Below, piece by piece: positions 19,018 through 29,365 of a stretch of DNA of 64,000 nt. The stretch comes from Peptococcaceae bacterium SCADC1_2_3 (GTDB lineage Bacteria; Bacillota; Desulfotomaculia; Desulfotomaculales; Nap2-2B). A program made the translations under genes and the position numbers. The DNA lies in assembly GCA_000681355.2 (NCBI GenBank), contig JJNX02000001.1, forward strand, positions 1,555 through 65,554, read 5' to 3'. Every line of letters starts with the position of its first letter. Within the stretch, counting starts at the first letter, position 1. A model generated the notes under the pieces. It saw only the letters and a list, made by a program, of their open reading frames with translations. It ran no database searches and was not told where the DNA came from.

Positions 19018-20133
19018 ATGCCTAAGGGTAAACTAAAAAAAGTTTTTCCAGGAGGCAACACGGCTAGGGGATTTTATTCTTTTTATGATTACATCATTGA
19101 ACCTGATGCAGCCCGGATTTTTGTCATAAAAGGAGGGCCTGGGGTCGGTAAGTCAACCTTCATGCGCAAAATTGGCGAAGAAATGCTCAGCCGGGGATAC
19201 GACACAGAATTTCACTTATGTTCCTCCGATAATGCATCTTTAGACGGCGTGGTATTCCCATCCTTGCGGGTGGCCATAATTGATGGTACGGCCCCCCACA
19301 TTGTAGACCCCAAAAATCCAGGAGCGGTAGATAAAATCATTCATCTGGGGGACTATTGGAACGAGCAAGGTTTAAAAGCCCATAAAAAAGAAATTTTAAA
19401 TTTAAACCAGGAAATAGCCAGATTATTTCGGCGGGCTTATAGTTATTTATTTGCGGCAAATCTGTTTTTAGAAGAAGTCAGGTCATATTATAAGGAAACC
19501 GGGGCCTTAAGCGTAGGTGGTTTTGACCGGGTAGTGTTGGCCCTGGTGCATGAAGTATTTACCGGCAAGCCCCGGCAAACTGATTCTCCCAAAATACGCC
19601 ATCTTTTTGGCACGGCAAATACGCCTGATGGGACAATAAGCTACCTGGACACCATTGTCAATCATTTAAAGAAACGGTATATTATTAATGGTGATGATGG
19701 TACCGGTAAAACAACGTTGGTCAGAAGAATCATGGAAGCTGCCCAAATGCGAGGTTTTGACGTAGAGGCTTATCACTGTGCTTTAAATCCGGACCGGATT
19801 GAACATTTGGTTATTCCGCGTTTGGATATAGCTGTGGTCAATTCGGTGGAGCCTCACTACTACAAACCCCAAAATGGCGATACGGTGGTTGATACCATGG
19901 CCTGGGTAATAGAACTGGCTAACGAAACTATTGCCACCGAAAGAAATATGGCGCGGCAAATGTACCGGCGTTGCATGGAAGAAGCAACTGAATTTCTTAG
20001 CCGGGCTAAAAAGACCCATGACGAAATAGAAGCTTATTATGTACTCAATATGGACTTTACCGCGATTGAAGCCAGGCGCCAACAAGTACTAAGGGAGATA
20101 CTAAAACTTACGGGCAAAATTGACGAAAAGTAA
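19018..20133 (+). CDS. PRK06851-family tandem P-loop ATPase
   Basis: FPGGNT, GGPGVGKST, DGTAPH and a second GTGKT. Confidence 0.85.
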   Translation: MPKGKLKKVFPGGNTARGFYSFYDYIIEPDAARIFVIKGGPGVGKSTFMRKIGEEMLSRGYDTEFHLCSSDNASLDGVVFPSLRVAIIDGTAPHIVDPKNPGAVDKIIHLGDYWNEQGLKAHKKEILNLNQEIARLFRRAYSYLFAANLFLEEVRSYYKETGALSVGGFDRVVLALVHEVFTGKPRQTDSPKIRHLFGTANTPDGTISYLDTIVNHLKKRYIINGDDGTGKTTLVRRIMEAAQMRGFDVEAYHCALNPDRIEHLVIPRLDIAVVNSVEPHYYKPQNGDTVVDTMAWVIELANETIATERNMARQMYRRCMEEATEFLSRAKKTHDEIEAYYVLNMDFTAIEARRQQVLREILKLTGKIDEK

Positions 20134-20162
20134 AATTTTACTTTAAGAAAGGATGAAGATTA

Positions 20163-21395
20163 ATGCAATCATTGTCAGAACTTCTCCAAGATTTAACCCG
20201 GGCCAACAAAACAAAAATACTGTTGGTGGTGTTAGACGGTCTGGGAGGTATACCCTTACCTGAACTTAACGGTCAAACCGAATTAGAAGCAGCCCGCACC
20301 CCTAACCTTGACGGCCTGGCCCGACGTTCATCTTTGGGTTTAACCCACCCGGTACTTCCCGGTATTACCCCGGGAAGCAGCGCCGGACACCTGGCTCTTT
20401 TTGGCTATGAACCTTTAGAGTGGATAATTGGACGCGGCGTTTTAGAAGCTTTAGGTATTGGCTTCTCTTTGCAGTCTCAAGATGTAGCTGTGCGGGGTAA
20501 TTTTGCTACGGTAGCTTACCAAAACGGAAGTCCGGTAATAATTGACCGGCGGGCCGGCCGCCCCGCCACAGCGGAAACAGAAAATATTTGTACTTGCTTG
20601 CAGCTTGCCATCCGTCAGATTAACGGAGTGGAAATTATTATCCGCCCGGTAAAAGAACATCGCTTTGCAGTCATTTTCCGGGGAGCAAATTTGGATGCCC
20701 GGCTGTCCGATACGGATCCCCAAAAAGAGGGGGTTGCCCCTTTATCTGTGCGTTCTTTGGCCCAAGCAGCAGAATCTACGGCTGAAATAGCGGCTGAATT
20801 TATCCGGCAAGCAGCCACCGTTTTAATAGGAGAAAAAAAAATTAACTATCCTTTGCTGCGCGGGTTTTCCCAACTGCCAAACCTGCCCTCTTTTGCCAAC
20901 CTTTATGGCTTAAAGGCCGCGGCCATTGCTGTGTACCCCATGTATCGTGGTCTGGCCTCTCTGGTAGGAATGAAGGTATTGGACTGTCCGGGTGAGACAA
21001 TTGAAGCTGAATTAACTATTTTAAAGAACCACTGGTCTGATTTTGATTATTTTTTCCTTCATATTAAAGGCACTGATTCAAAAGGTGAAGATGGCGATTA
21101 CCAGGGTAAAATGGCGGTGCTGGAGGATTTTGACCGGCAGCTTCCGCATATTTTATCTCTTAAACCTGATGTTTTGGTAATTACCGGGGATCATTCTACC
21201 CCGGCCCGGTTAAAGAACCATAGTTGGCACCCGGTGCCTTTTTTACTTCATTCACCTTTTGTTCGCTGTGACCATGACGTCACCGGATTTCACGAGCTTG
21301 CCTGCCGCCAGGGAAGCTTGGGGCACTTTAGGGCAGTACATACGATGAGCTTAATGTTGGCTCACGCCGGAAGACTAAATAAGTTCAGTGCGTAA
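20163..21395 (+). CDS. apgM: 2,3-bisphosphoglycerate-independent phosphoglycerate mutase, archaeal type
   Basis: LDGLGG, PGSSAGHL, DRRAGR, TGDHSTP and HSWHPVP. Confidence 0.9.
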   Translation: MQSLSELLQDLTRANKTKILLVVLDGLGGIPLPELNGQTELEAARTPNLDGLARRSSLGLTHPVLPGITPGSSAGHLALFGYEPLEWIIGRGVLEALGIGFSLQSQDVAVRGNFATVAYQNGSPVIIDRRAGRPATAETENICTCLQLAIRQINGVEIIIRPVKEHRFAVIFRGANLDARLSDTDPQKEGVAPLSVRSLAQAAESTAEIAAEFIRQAATVLIGEKKINYPLLRGFSQLPNLPSFANLYGLKAAAIAVYPMYRGLASLVGMKVLDCPGETIEAELTILKNHWSDFDYFFLHIKGTDSKGEDGDYQGKMAVLEDFDRQLPHILSLKPDVLVITGDHSTPARLKNHSWHPVPFLLHSPFVRCDHDVTGFHELACRQGSLGHFRAVHTMSLMLAHAGRLNKFSA

Positions 21396-21595
21396 AAGTA
21401 ATCTTAAGAGGGCATTCAACACGGAAAAAAACTTTTTAATTTAAAGAACCTTGTCTTCTTGTGCCGAGTTTCCCCTTGGGTCAATAGCAGGAAAAGAAAA
21501 GTTTTTAGAGAAATAAATAAAATAAAGTAACTACTCAGGTTCAAAGGGGCAAAGGCACAGAGGCACAAAGTTTTTTTGCCAGACTTGCAGATCTC

Positions 21596-21659
21596 TTTAG
21601 GATTTAGGATTTAGCTAGCCCCTACGTTTTCGTTTCCCCTACATCCTAATCCCTACTGT
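21596..21659 (-). repeat. Second, inverted copy of the GTAGGGG-rich/TAAATCC element
   Basis: Reverse complement matches 15637-15700 but with fewer 7-mer units. Confidence 0.85.
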
Positions 21660-21914
21660 TTGGACCTCTATACCTACTTGAATAGTTAAAAAGCTTGATT
21701 TTGCTTATCTGGACGAATTAAGGGGAGCCTGAATGACAGATATTGGTATTGACCTTAAGGCCCTACAAACAGAAACATTTATGCGTATTACCGGCCTAGA
21801 GGAAAAATAAAAGCCGAAAAATTCAAGGAAACAGCCCGGAAGACGGTAAATTATCTGGTTAATACTTATGAGGGTACAAACTAAAAATGGTATTATTGGT
21901 CCGTGAGGTAAGTA

Positions 21915-22847
21915 ATGGCAGTAGTAGTAACCGCGGAAAATCTTACTAAGGAATATAACGGTTTGCGGGCGGTAGATAATATAAGCTTTCAAGTGCTGGA
22001 AAAAGAGTGTTTTGGTTTTTTAGGACCAAACGGAGCCGGTAAAAGCTCAACAGTGAAAATGATTTATTGTCTGTCCCCGGTTACAGCAGGAAAGCTAATT
22101 GTCCTAGGAATGGATGTAAAACAAAAAGCACGCGAAATTAAGCAAAAAATTGGCGTAGTCCCGCAGGAAAATAACCTGGACCCCGACCTAAAGGTAAGTA
22201 CAAATTTAATTGTTTACGCCGGTTTTTTTGGCCTTCCAAGGAAAGAGGCAGTATGGCAGGCCCAATCTTTATTAGAATTTTTTGGCTTAGAAGATAAAGC
22301 CAACGAAAGAATAGAGAACTTATCCGGGGGAATGAAACGACGTTTGGTGATTGCCCGGGCTTTAATGAACAACCCAGACCTGCTTATTTTGGATGAACCA
22401 ACAACCGGTTTAGACCCCCAGGCACGCCATCTTGTCTGGCAGCGTTTACGCCGGCTTAAAATGCAGGGAGTAACTTTAATCTTAACCACCCACTATATGG
22501 ATGAAGCCTACCAGCTTTGCGACCGCCTGGTAATTATGGACCAAGGAAAAATTATTGAAGAAGGTAAACCTCTTGAATTAATAGCTAAACACATTGGCCG
22601 GGAAGTTCTAGAGTTGGGCTGTGCTAAAGATTGCCACCAGGAAGTTTTAACTTGGGTTAGCTTCCTGATTGGCGGTCACCAGGTGGTTGGAGATAATCTT
22701 TTTCTTTACCCCTACGAGGGACAAAAATTATTGGCCGTTATTCAAAAAATGCCCTTTGAATTCTCTCCTTTACTTTTACGCCCCGCAAATCTGGAAGATG
22801 TCTACCTTAAACTAACCGGCCGCGGCTTAACTTTTAGCCCGGGTTAA
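21915..22847 (+). CDS. ABC exporter ATP-binding protein (NodI/DrrA-like)
   Basis: GPNGAGKS, LSGGM, LDEPTTGLD and TTHYM; no adjacent permease gene. Confidence 0.9.
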   Translation: MAVVVTAENLTKEYNGLRAVDNISFQVLEKECFGFLGPNGAGKSSTVKMIYCLSPVTAGKLIVLGMDVKQKAREIKQKIGVVPQENNLDPDLKVSTNLIVYAGFFGLPRKEAVWQAQSLLEFFGLEDKANERIENLSGGMKRRLVIARALMNNPDLLILDEPTTGLDPQARHLVWQRLRRLKMQGVTLILTTHYMDEAYQLCDRLVIMDQGKIIEEGKPLELIAKHIGREVLELGCAKDCHQEVLTWVSFLIGGHQVVGDNLFLYPYEGQKLLAVIQKMPFEFSPLLLRPANLEDVYLKLTGRGLTFSPG

Positions 22848-22880
22848 GAAAAATTCGTAAGTATTCACTAAACCAGCATT

Positions 22881-23423
22881 TTATAGTATGGTGATGATCC
22901 CGTCTTTATGTTTCAGTTCCCGATACTCTTCGTTAAATCCCCTCCGTGCACCGCTGCCAAAAGTAACATTGTAGGTATACAACAAGCTGTCATAAATGAT
23001 CTTCCCTTCAAAAGGAAGAAGTGTCACCCTCGAATATTGAGGCAGATCAAATGAAGGAAACACATCCTCAATGGGGCTGGCAAGACCGGCCACACCGTAA
23101 AGGGCGCCGTTGCCCATGAAAACAGTATATTTTTTCAGGTGTTTGTAGATCAAGAATATTCCAGTTATCCTTCTTTTCCAACTCGCTACAAGCGACAGTT
23201 CACGTTCGGCAAAGCAAAACGGGTTATCGCTGACTATGCAGTTGATGACATCATCGCTTTCCCAGAGCTTATCACGAACCGGTGTGATCGCGATTGGATT
23301 GACATCCTCGGCGCCTGACGCTTTTTCAAGCCCGGGTACCACTTGGTATCTATCATTGGTGTAATCGATCAATTTAAAGAATATGTCATAGAAAAGTGCT
23401 ACATCATCCTGTGACAGTTTCAT
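22881..23423 (-). CDS. Hypothetical passenger protein inside the IS66 element
   Basis: 180-aa ORF inside the inverted repeats; TLLPFEGKIIYD motif. Confidence 0.75.
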   Translation of the reverse strand: MKLSQDDVALFYDIFFKLIDYTNDRYQVVPGLEKASGAEDVNPIAITPVRDKLWESDDVINCIVSDNPFCFAERELSLVASWKRRITGIFLIYKHLKKYTVFMGNGALYGVAGLASPIEDVFPSFDLPQYSRVTLLPFEGKIIYDSLLYTYNVTFGSGARRGFNEEYRELKHKDGIITIL

Positions 23424-23528
23424 CGTCTAAGCATCTCCAATCCAGGAAATTTCAAGTGAATTGCCGCCTCGATCACTATAACAAAAAAAGGCGTCCCCTG
23501 GAAATAGGTGCCGGCAAAAGAGGCAAGA

Positions 23529-24398
23529 TTAAACCAGAAACATACGGAAGTCTTTGTCGAGAGGATATAGATAGATGTCCTTAACCGGCAGCTTGTATTT
23601 TTTAAACCGATCCAGCTTACCCCGGCCCTGGGTGGAACCTACGAAGGCCCAGTTGGCAGCCTTGTAACAAGTTCCGGCAAAGCGATCCTTCTCGACAAAA
23701 GTTTCCATAAGCACCGGCTTGTAGCCATAAACTTTCAGCCAGTCATTGGGCAATTGTTTTAAACAGAGAGACAAGATCTTGGAGGCAAGGTGTTTGCAAC
23801 TGACCCAGGGCAGGATCAAAAAGCGGGAGTTATTGACCACCAGGTGAAGATTTTGCACCCTGCGCTCTGCGTTCCAGCCGATAAAGACATCCCTGGGCGC
23901 CACCTTCCAGGCTGCGGCCGAGAAACCGATAGCGCAAAGATAGCCTGCCGCGGAGTTGATCAGATACCGGATCTGGGCGCCCGGAAGGGGAGTATAGCCG
24001 AGATAGTGATAACGGTCGACAAATTCGTTCCAGAGATAGGAATCCTTCTTGGAGGTGACGCGTATTAGCTCCAGAGGAAGCAATGACTTCAACGGTCCGG
24101 AGATTTCCTTCCCCGCTTCGCCATGCTTTGTCCGTCGGGAAAACTTCCGGCCATTGGCGTTAGATCTCCTGGGCTCCGGCAATGTGATCATACCACAGCG
24201 ATGCAACCTGAGGAGCAATACCTTGCAGCTCATGTTTTTGAGGCCTCCGTCCGGCTTGAACCAGGACCAGGCCTGACAGACCTCGCGGGAAATCCATTCC
24301 CGGGTGGCTTTAGGATCGGAGGCGATAATCCGGCGGATCATCTCAACGTCGTCAATTATGAGAGACCGGCCGCAGATGATGAGCGGAAAATCAGCCAG
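23529..24398 (-). CDS. DUF4338 (Druantia DruA-like) protein
   Basis: HYLGY, RD.FIGW, VVNNSRFLILPWV...LAS, ETFVE and GTCYKAANW..G.T.GRG. Probable start is CTG at 24398 after AGGAGG (ORF track start 24506). Confidence 0.85.
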   Translation of the reverse strand: MADFPLIICGRSLIIDDVEMIRRIIASDPKATREWISREVCQAWSWFKPDGGLKNMSCKVLLLRLHRCGMITLPEPRRSNANGRKFSRRTKHGEAGKEISGPLKSLLPLELIRVTSKKDSYLWNEFVDRYHYLGYTPLPGAQIRYLINSAAGYLCAIGFSAAAWKVAPRDVFIGWNAERRVQNLHLVVNNSRFLILPWVSCKHLASKILSLCLKQLPNDWLKVYGYKPVLMETFVEKDRFAGTCYKAANWAFVGSTQGRGKLDRFKKYKLPVKDIYLYPLDKDFRMFLV

Positions 24399-25995
24399 GA
24401 TGCTCCCTCCTAATATTGTACTTACGGATGATTTCGTCCGGAATCTTCCAGGGCAGGAACCGTTCCAGATCCTGCGGGGGACCGCCTTCCTTGGCGCAGG
24501 CATCAAGGTAATACCGAAGGTACGCCTCTACATTCAGGTTGTGTTTGGCTGCGGTCTGCAGGATGGACATGGAGGTTGCCAGCAGATTGCCGCTCCACTC
24601 GGAATGAGTACCGTAGTAGCTCTTGCGCCCCAAAGCGCCCGGCCTCAAGCACCGCTCGGCCAGATTATTGTCCATGGGCACGAACGGATTTTTGACAAAG
24701 ACAGTCAACCCGTCCCAGTGCTTCAGGGCGCTGGAAAGCACCTTTTTCTTCTGCCAGTGCAGGCCGGGATCTGAAAGTTCTAAACGGATCGACCGCAGCA
24801 TTGCCTCCAGTGCGCTCTCCAGTGCTTCTTGGGCAACCTTGAAGAGTTCTGCCTGATCCGGCACGGCCAGTCTCTCCTCATTCAGGCGGTAGATCTCAGC
24901 GATCCTATTCACCCAGAGATCCGCCCAGTCCTTCAGGCAGTTAAGAGATTTGCCGGCATTGAGAAAATCACGGCGATAATGTGCCCAGCAGAGAGCTCTC
25001 ACTAACCCCTCGATCAGGGCCATCAGTTTGCCATAGGCGGAGAAACGGTCGCAATTCATGATGCCCCTGGCGTCTTTCCCGAAATGTTTCAGGGGAACAT
25101 TGCTGGAGCGGGAAGGATCCAGCACGAACACCACTGTCAGTGGTGAAACGAAGACCCACAGCCACCAGTGCCAACCCTGCTTATCAGGTACCTGGACAAA
25201 GTGCATCCAGCCGGTCTCGTCTACATGCCAGTGGTTCTCGCTGCGATTTACTTCTGTCAGCAAAAGATAGAGGGGAAGAAGGAGCGGCGCCAGCTTCTTT
25301 AACATTCCCGTGAGGGCGCCCTCGTTGACAGCCAGTCCCTGCATTCGCATGATCATGGCCATCCGATGCAGGGGGATCTGGAAAAAGAATTTCATGACCA
25401 GGATATGGGCAAGAAAAGCGTTGGAGAACATTCCCTTGGGTATGACCTGAGGCTGCTTAGGAGCAGTGACAGATCTCGGACCGGGGCAATTGCAGGTATT
25501 GAAGGTCTTCTTGCGAATATGCTTTTTGCGCACGAATCTTATTTCATAATCGATCTCATAAGAGACTTCTGCGAAGCCGGAGAGCGACCGGAGTTTACCA
25601 CAGTTGGGGCAATACATTTCGTCATTCGGTATATCATGAATCACTGTGATTTCGGGAAGGTCGGGGATTTTGCGTCCGTAACCCTGATGGCCGAACCTGG
25701 CGCCCCGCTTCCCGCCTTGAGCCGGGGCACAATCACCGGCACTTTCGGGAACCTCTGTTTGTTGAACAGCTTGAGGTTCCAGTTGCTTTTCAGAAGAGCG
25801 GCCAAAAATGGAGCTGTTACGTTTATTGATTAATGCCCTAAGGCGCTCATTTTCCTCCGTCAATTTTTGTTTCTCTTGATTGGCTTGCTCGAGTTCAAAA
25901 TCCTTCTGTCTGACTATCGGGCAATCAGGAAAAGAACAAGCGGCGCTTAAAGACCATATTGGATTTTCTTCAAGGGCGGTTGATAGAGTACTCAT
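24391..25995 (-). CDS. IS66-family DDE transposase (TnpC)
   Basis: Coiled coil, FGRSSEK, CPNCG Zn finger, VDETGW, CWAHYRRDF and DNNLAER.LR...GRK. Confidence 0.95.
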   Translation of the reverse strand: MSTLSTALEENPIWSLSAACSFPDCPIVRQKDFELEQANQEKQKLTEENERLRALINKRNSSIFGRSSEKQLEPQAVQQTEVPESAGDCAPAQGGKRGARFGHQGYGRKIPDLPEITVIHDIPNDEMYCPNCGKLRSLSGFAEVSYEIDYEIRFVRKKHIRKKTFNTCNCPGPRSVTAPKQPQVIPKGMFSNAFLAHILVMKFFFQIPLHRMAMIMRMQGLAVNEGALTGMLKKLAPLLLPLYLLLTEVNRSENHWHVDETGWMHFVQVPDKQGWHWWLWVFVSPLTVVFVLDPSRSSNVPLKHFGKDARGIMNCDRFSAYGKLMALIEGLVRALCWAHYRRDFLNAGKSLNCLKDWADLWVNRIAEIYRLNEERLAVPDQAELFKVAQEALESALEAMLRSIRLELSDPGLHWQKKKVLSSALKHWDGLTVFVKNPFVPMDNNLAERCLRPGALGRKSYYGTHSEWSGNLLATSMSILQTAAKHNLNVEAYLRYYLDACAKEGGPPQDLERFLPWKIPDEIIRKYNIRREHPG

Positions 25996-26179
25996 GTATT
26001 AATTATGCAATAAAAAATACTACGTGTCCAGTCCCATTAATCAAATTTTTAAGTCAAACTACAAATTATTAGGAAAACGTAGGAAGCAGCAGGGTTATGG
26101 GGTTAAAGCGGGTTCACTGAATACTTACAAAAATTCTAACCATACCCTTGACTAAAATAAAAGCTTTTCTTTCTGAAGG

Positions 26180-26208
26180 GTATAACTTTGTTTTTGCGTT
26201 ACATACTA
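26180..26208 (+). promoter_or_regulatory. Putative sigmaG/sigmaF forespore promoter of dacF
   Basis: GTATA-17-CATACTA; dacF is forespore-expressed in Bacillus. Confidence 0.5.
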
Positions 26209-26251
26209 GAAAGAAAAAACAAAGGTTATAAAAAAGGAGAGAAAAATAAAA

Positions 26252-27427
26252 ATGTTAAAATACCTTCGAAGAATAAGGTCCTTATTTCTGGTAAGCATAA
26301 TTTATGTTTTAATTTTAAATTTTTCTATCCCGGCTACTTCTTCCGGTGCTTTTTCTGCTTCTTCCTTAGAAACTACGTCTGAATCAGCCGTGCTTATGGA
26401 AGCTTGTTCCGGTCAGGTCTTGTTGGCCAAGGAAAAAGATAAGGAGCTACCTATGGCCAGCGTTACTAAGTTAATGAGCTTGCTGGTGGCCCTAAAAGCA
26501 ATTGAGGAGGGTCGCTTAAAGCTAAATGATATTGTTATAGCCAGTGAAAATGCTTGGGAAATGGGGGGCTCGCAAATTTATCTGGAGCCAGGTGAAGAAT
26601 TTACCCTGGAAGAAATACTTATTGCCGTGGCTGTGGGCTCCGCCAATGACGCGTGCGTAGCCTTGGCTGAACAAATTGCCGGAAGCGAAGAAGTTTTTGT
26701 CCAGGTGATGAACCAAGAGGCGAAAGAATTGGGACTTAAACATACTCATTTCGTAAACAGCACCGGTCTGCCTGTAAAAGGACATTATGCTTCTGCTTAC
26801 GATATGGCTTTAATTTTAAGAGAATGTTTAAAGTACCCCCTTTTTATAAAATATTCTTCCATTTACGAATATGATTTGCGGGGAGGTCAATTTAAACTTT
26901 GGAATACAAATAAACTCCTTAAGTGGTATCCAGGTACAGATGCCGGTAAAACAGGCTGGACAGAAGAAGCAAAATATTGTTTGGCTTCTTCGGTAAAGAA
27001 GGATGGATTATGCTTAATTGCCGTAGTCTTGGGAACACCTGAACCACGCAGTCATTTCCGGGAGTCAATTAAATTATACCAATACGGCTTTGCCCGTTAC
27101 AAAGCAGTATATTTAGCCCAGCAAGGAGAAAAAGTAAAAAGACTACCGGTTAGTAAGGGCAACCTGGATTACGTGGAAATTATAATCAAAGAGCCGGTTT
27201 GTTTGGTGGTCCTAAAAGGCGAGGATAAAGGCTTTAAGACACGCCTAGATTTACCTTTACGGGTGGTGGCGCCCGTTAAAAAAGGACAGATAATCGGGAC
27301 TTATTATGTGGATAAGGAAGGACAGAAGGTTTTACAGGTACCTTTGATAGCCCAAAATCAAGTGGAAAAAGCCAGCGTGTTTCGTCAGATAAATAAAATA
27401 TTTACTCATTTATACAATTTCTATTAA
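26252..27427 (+). CDS. dacF: D-alanyl-D-alanine carboxypeptidase
   Basis: Signal peptide, ASVTK (SxxK), SAN, KTG and MGGSQIYLE. Confidence 0.85.
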   Translation: MLKYLRRIRSLFLVSIIYVLILNFSIPATSSGAFSASSLETTSESAVLMEACSGQVLLAKEKDKELPMASVTKLMSLLVALKAIEEGRLKLNDIVIASENAWEMGGSQIYLEPGEEFTLEEILIAVAVGSANDACVALAEQIAGSEEVFVQVMNQEAKELGLKHTHFVNSTGLPVKGHYASAYDMALILRECLKYPLFIKYSSIYEYDLRGGQFKLWNTNKLLKWYPGTDAGKTGWTEEAKYCLASSVKKDGLCLIAVVLGTPEPRSHFRESIKLYQYGFARYKAVYLAQQGEKVKRLPVSKGNLDYVEIIIKEPVCLVVLKGEDKGFKTRLDLPLRVVAPVKKGQIIGTYYVDKEGQKVLQVPLIAQNQVEKASVFRQINKIFTHLYNFY

Positions 27428-27470
27428 CCTTAAAATTTAAAGTAATTCTATAATGAATGGTCAGCTATTA

Positions 27471-27498
27471 GTAGGAGCGTTAAAATTAACGCCCTTAC
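27471..27498. repeat. 28-bp REP palindrome, copy 2 (degenerate)
   Basis: GTAGGAGCGTTAAAATTAACGCCCTTAC between convergent genes. Confidence 0.8.
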
Positions 27499-27571
27499 TA
27501 AAAAAGCGAAAGTAATACAAAAGGCTGAATGTTAAAGAGTAAATGCTTGAAAGTAAAGATTTTACATTACC

Positions 27572-28213
27572 TTAAGGTATCTGATCAATAGTGTTATTTA
27601 CCAGTTTAAAAACCTGCTCCTTTAGTTCCGGCGGAGCTAAAACAATTAAAATATCTGTAGCCTGAATAACCGTACTGGCCTGGGGAGAGAGGATTTCTTC
27701 TCCATCACGGTAAATTGACAACACCGTGGCCCCCATTTTTCGCCGAAATTCCACTTCGGCCAACGTTTTTCCTACTAACAAAGAAGAGGGCAACACTTTA
27801 ATTTCTTCAATTCGCTGTAAGCTTCCGGCCATCTTAAAAGTATAATCCAGTAATTCATTCATTAATTTTTCTATCTCCGCGTTTATTTTATCTCTTTTTC
27901 TTAAAAGAAAGTGTAGCCTTTCCTGCATTTCCCTTAAAACCTTGCGTTGTCCATATTCAGCTAAAAATACCTCGGCGGCTTTTTGCGACTTAACAATTAC
28001 TCCCACCCCAGGGACTACTTGAACGATATCAGTATCTTGAAGTATAGTTAGGGCGCGTCTTATTGTTTCTGGGGAAACGTTATATTTCCCGGCTAAAGTG
28101 GAGCGGCCAAAGAATTTTTGTCCTTCTCTATATTCTCCCCGCACAATACGAGTAGCAATATCCACGGCAATAGTCAGATACCTGGCCGGTAAATAGGTAT
28201 TTTGTTCCTCCAT
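27572..28213 (-). CDS. GntR-like HTH regulator with TrkA-C (RCK-C) domain
   Basis: IAVDIA..I..GEY..G..F.GRSTLAGKYNVSPETIRRA; C-terminal GATVLSIYR...SP. Confidence 0.85.
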   Translation of the reverse strand: MEEQNTYLPARYLTIAVDIATRIVRGEYREGQKFFGRSTLAGKYNVSPETIRRALTILQDTDIVQVVPGVGVIVKSQKAAEVFLAEYGQRKVLREMQERLHFLLRKRDKINAEIEKLMNELLDYTFKMAGSLQRIEEIKVLPSSLLVGKTLAEVEFRRKMGATVLSIYRDGEEILSPQASTVIQATDILIVLAPPELKEQVFKLVNNTIDQIP

Positions 28214-28308
28214 TTTTATCGTCTCCTCTTAGGTTGATAAAATAGTTACATATTTATAATACCCTTTTATAATACCCTAAACTTATTAATAATTAAAATA
28301 AATTTTAA

Positions 28309-28338
28309 GCAGGATTTTTATGTTCAAATCTAGAAAAG
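28309..28338 (+). promoter_or_regulatory. Putative sigmaH-type promoter of hbd
   Basis: GCAGGA-18-GAAA. Confidence 0.45.
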
Positions 28339-28386
28339 TAATATAAATTAAAAATTTATAAAAAAACAGGAGGGAGATTTTTAAGC

Positions 28387-29235
28387 GTGACTATAAAGAC
28401 AATTGGGGTTATAGGGGCAGGAACAATGGGGGCCGGTATTGCTCAGGTCTGTGCCCAGGCAGGCTTTAAGGTAGTTATGCGGGATATTGCGGAAAAATTT
28501 GTTAACAATGGCTTGAACATGATTAGTAAAAATCTTGATCGGGAAGTGAAAAAGAACCGTTTATCCCAAGAAGATGCTAATGCTATAACAGGACGTATCC
28601 TAGGCACGGTTAATTTAGCTGGTCTAGCTGAATGTGATTTTATTATTGAAGCGGTAATTGAACAGATGAGCTTAAAAAAGGAATTATACCAGGAATTAGA
28701 TAAAATTTGCCCGGCAAGAACTATTTTTGCTTCCAATACTTCTGGGTTAAGCATTACTGGAATGGCTTCTTTTACCGGTAGAGCAAATAAATTTGTAGGT
28801 ATGCATTTCTTTAATCCTGCTCCCGTGATGAAACTGGTTGAAGTAGTTAAGGGAGCAGTGACTGATGAAGAAACATATCAAATCACGATTGAACTGGCTA
28901 AAAAACTAGGAAAGGACCCAATTACGGTCAATGAAGCTCCTTTATTTGTCGTTAACCGTATTCTTATCCCCATGATCAATGAAGCCATTTATACTCTTAT
29001 GGAAGGAGTAGCTAGTGCGGAGGATATAGATAAAGGAATGCGGTTAGGGGCTAACCATCCCATTGGCCCTTTGGCCTTAGCTGATTTAATTGGCTTAGAT
29101 GTTACCCTTCTTGTTCAGGAAACTTTGTATCAGGAAACCGGTGACTCGAAATATCGTCCCTGTCCTTTACTTCGTAAAATGGTGCGTGCCGGCCACCTGG
29201 GCCGGAAAACCGGGCGGGGATTTTTTAACTACTAG
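28387..29235 (+). CDS. hbd: 3-hydroxybutyryl-CoA dehydrogenase
   Basis: [21 protein letters not shown] and [15 protein letters not shown]. Confidence 0.93.
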   Translation: MTIKTIGVIGAGTMGAGIAQVCAQAGFKVVMRDIAEKFVNNGLNMISKNLDREVKKNRLSQEDANAITGRILGTVNLAGLAECDFIIEAVIEQMSLKKELYQELDKICPARTIFASNTSGLSITGMASFTGRANKFVGMHFFNPAPVMKLVEVVKGAVTDEETYQITIELAKKLGKDPITVNEAPLFVVNRILIPMINEAIYTLMEGVASAEDIDKGMRLGANHPIGPLALADLIGLDVTLLVQETLYQETGDSKYRPCPLLRKMVRAGHLGRKTGRGFFNY

Positions 29236-29299
29236 GGAGAAAGTAAATAACCGCTAAAAGATAAATATTTTTTATAAGAATAAGAAGATTACTAAAATT

Positions 29300-29327
29300 G
29301 TAGGGGCGTTAAATTTAACGCCCCTAC
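29300..29327. repeat. 28-bp REP palindrome, copy 3 (consensus copy)
   Basis: GTAGGGGCGTTAAATTTAACGCCCCTAC between convergent hbd and crt. Confidence 0.9.
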
Positions 29328-29365
29328 TTGAGTCTAAATTTATTAGTAGGTAAAAATACTGAAAA

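Larger units (their letters stand above)
22857..26128 (-). mobile_element. Complete IS66-family element (3272 bp) carrying two extra genes
   Basis: Terminal inverted repeats GTAAGTATTCAc/gT.AACC at 22857 and 26128; 8-bp target duplication AAAAATTC at 22849-22856 and 26129-26136; visibly higher GC than the flanks. Confidence 0.93.

Noticed and set aside
21733-21885. 25-codon ORF with RBS plus a frameshifted continuation (DIGIDLKALQTETFMRITGL…)
   Set aside because: Looks like a remnant of a larger gene, possibly radical-SAM-like; too short to call as a functional peptide
23529-24398. A Druantia defence system
   Set aside because: Only a DruA-like gene is present, inside an IS; there is no DruE helicase or other dru gene
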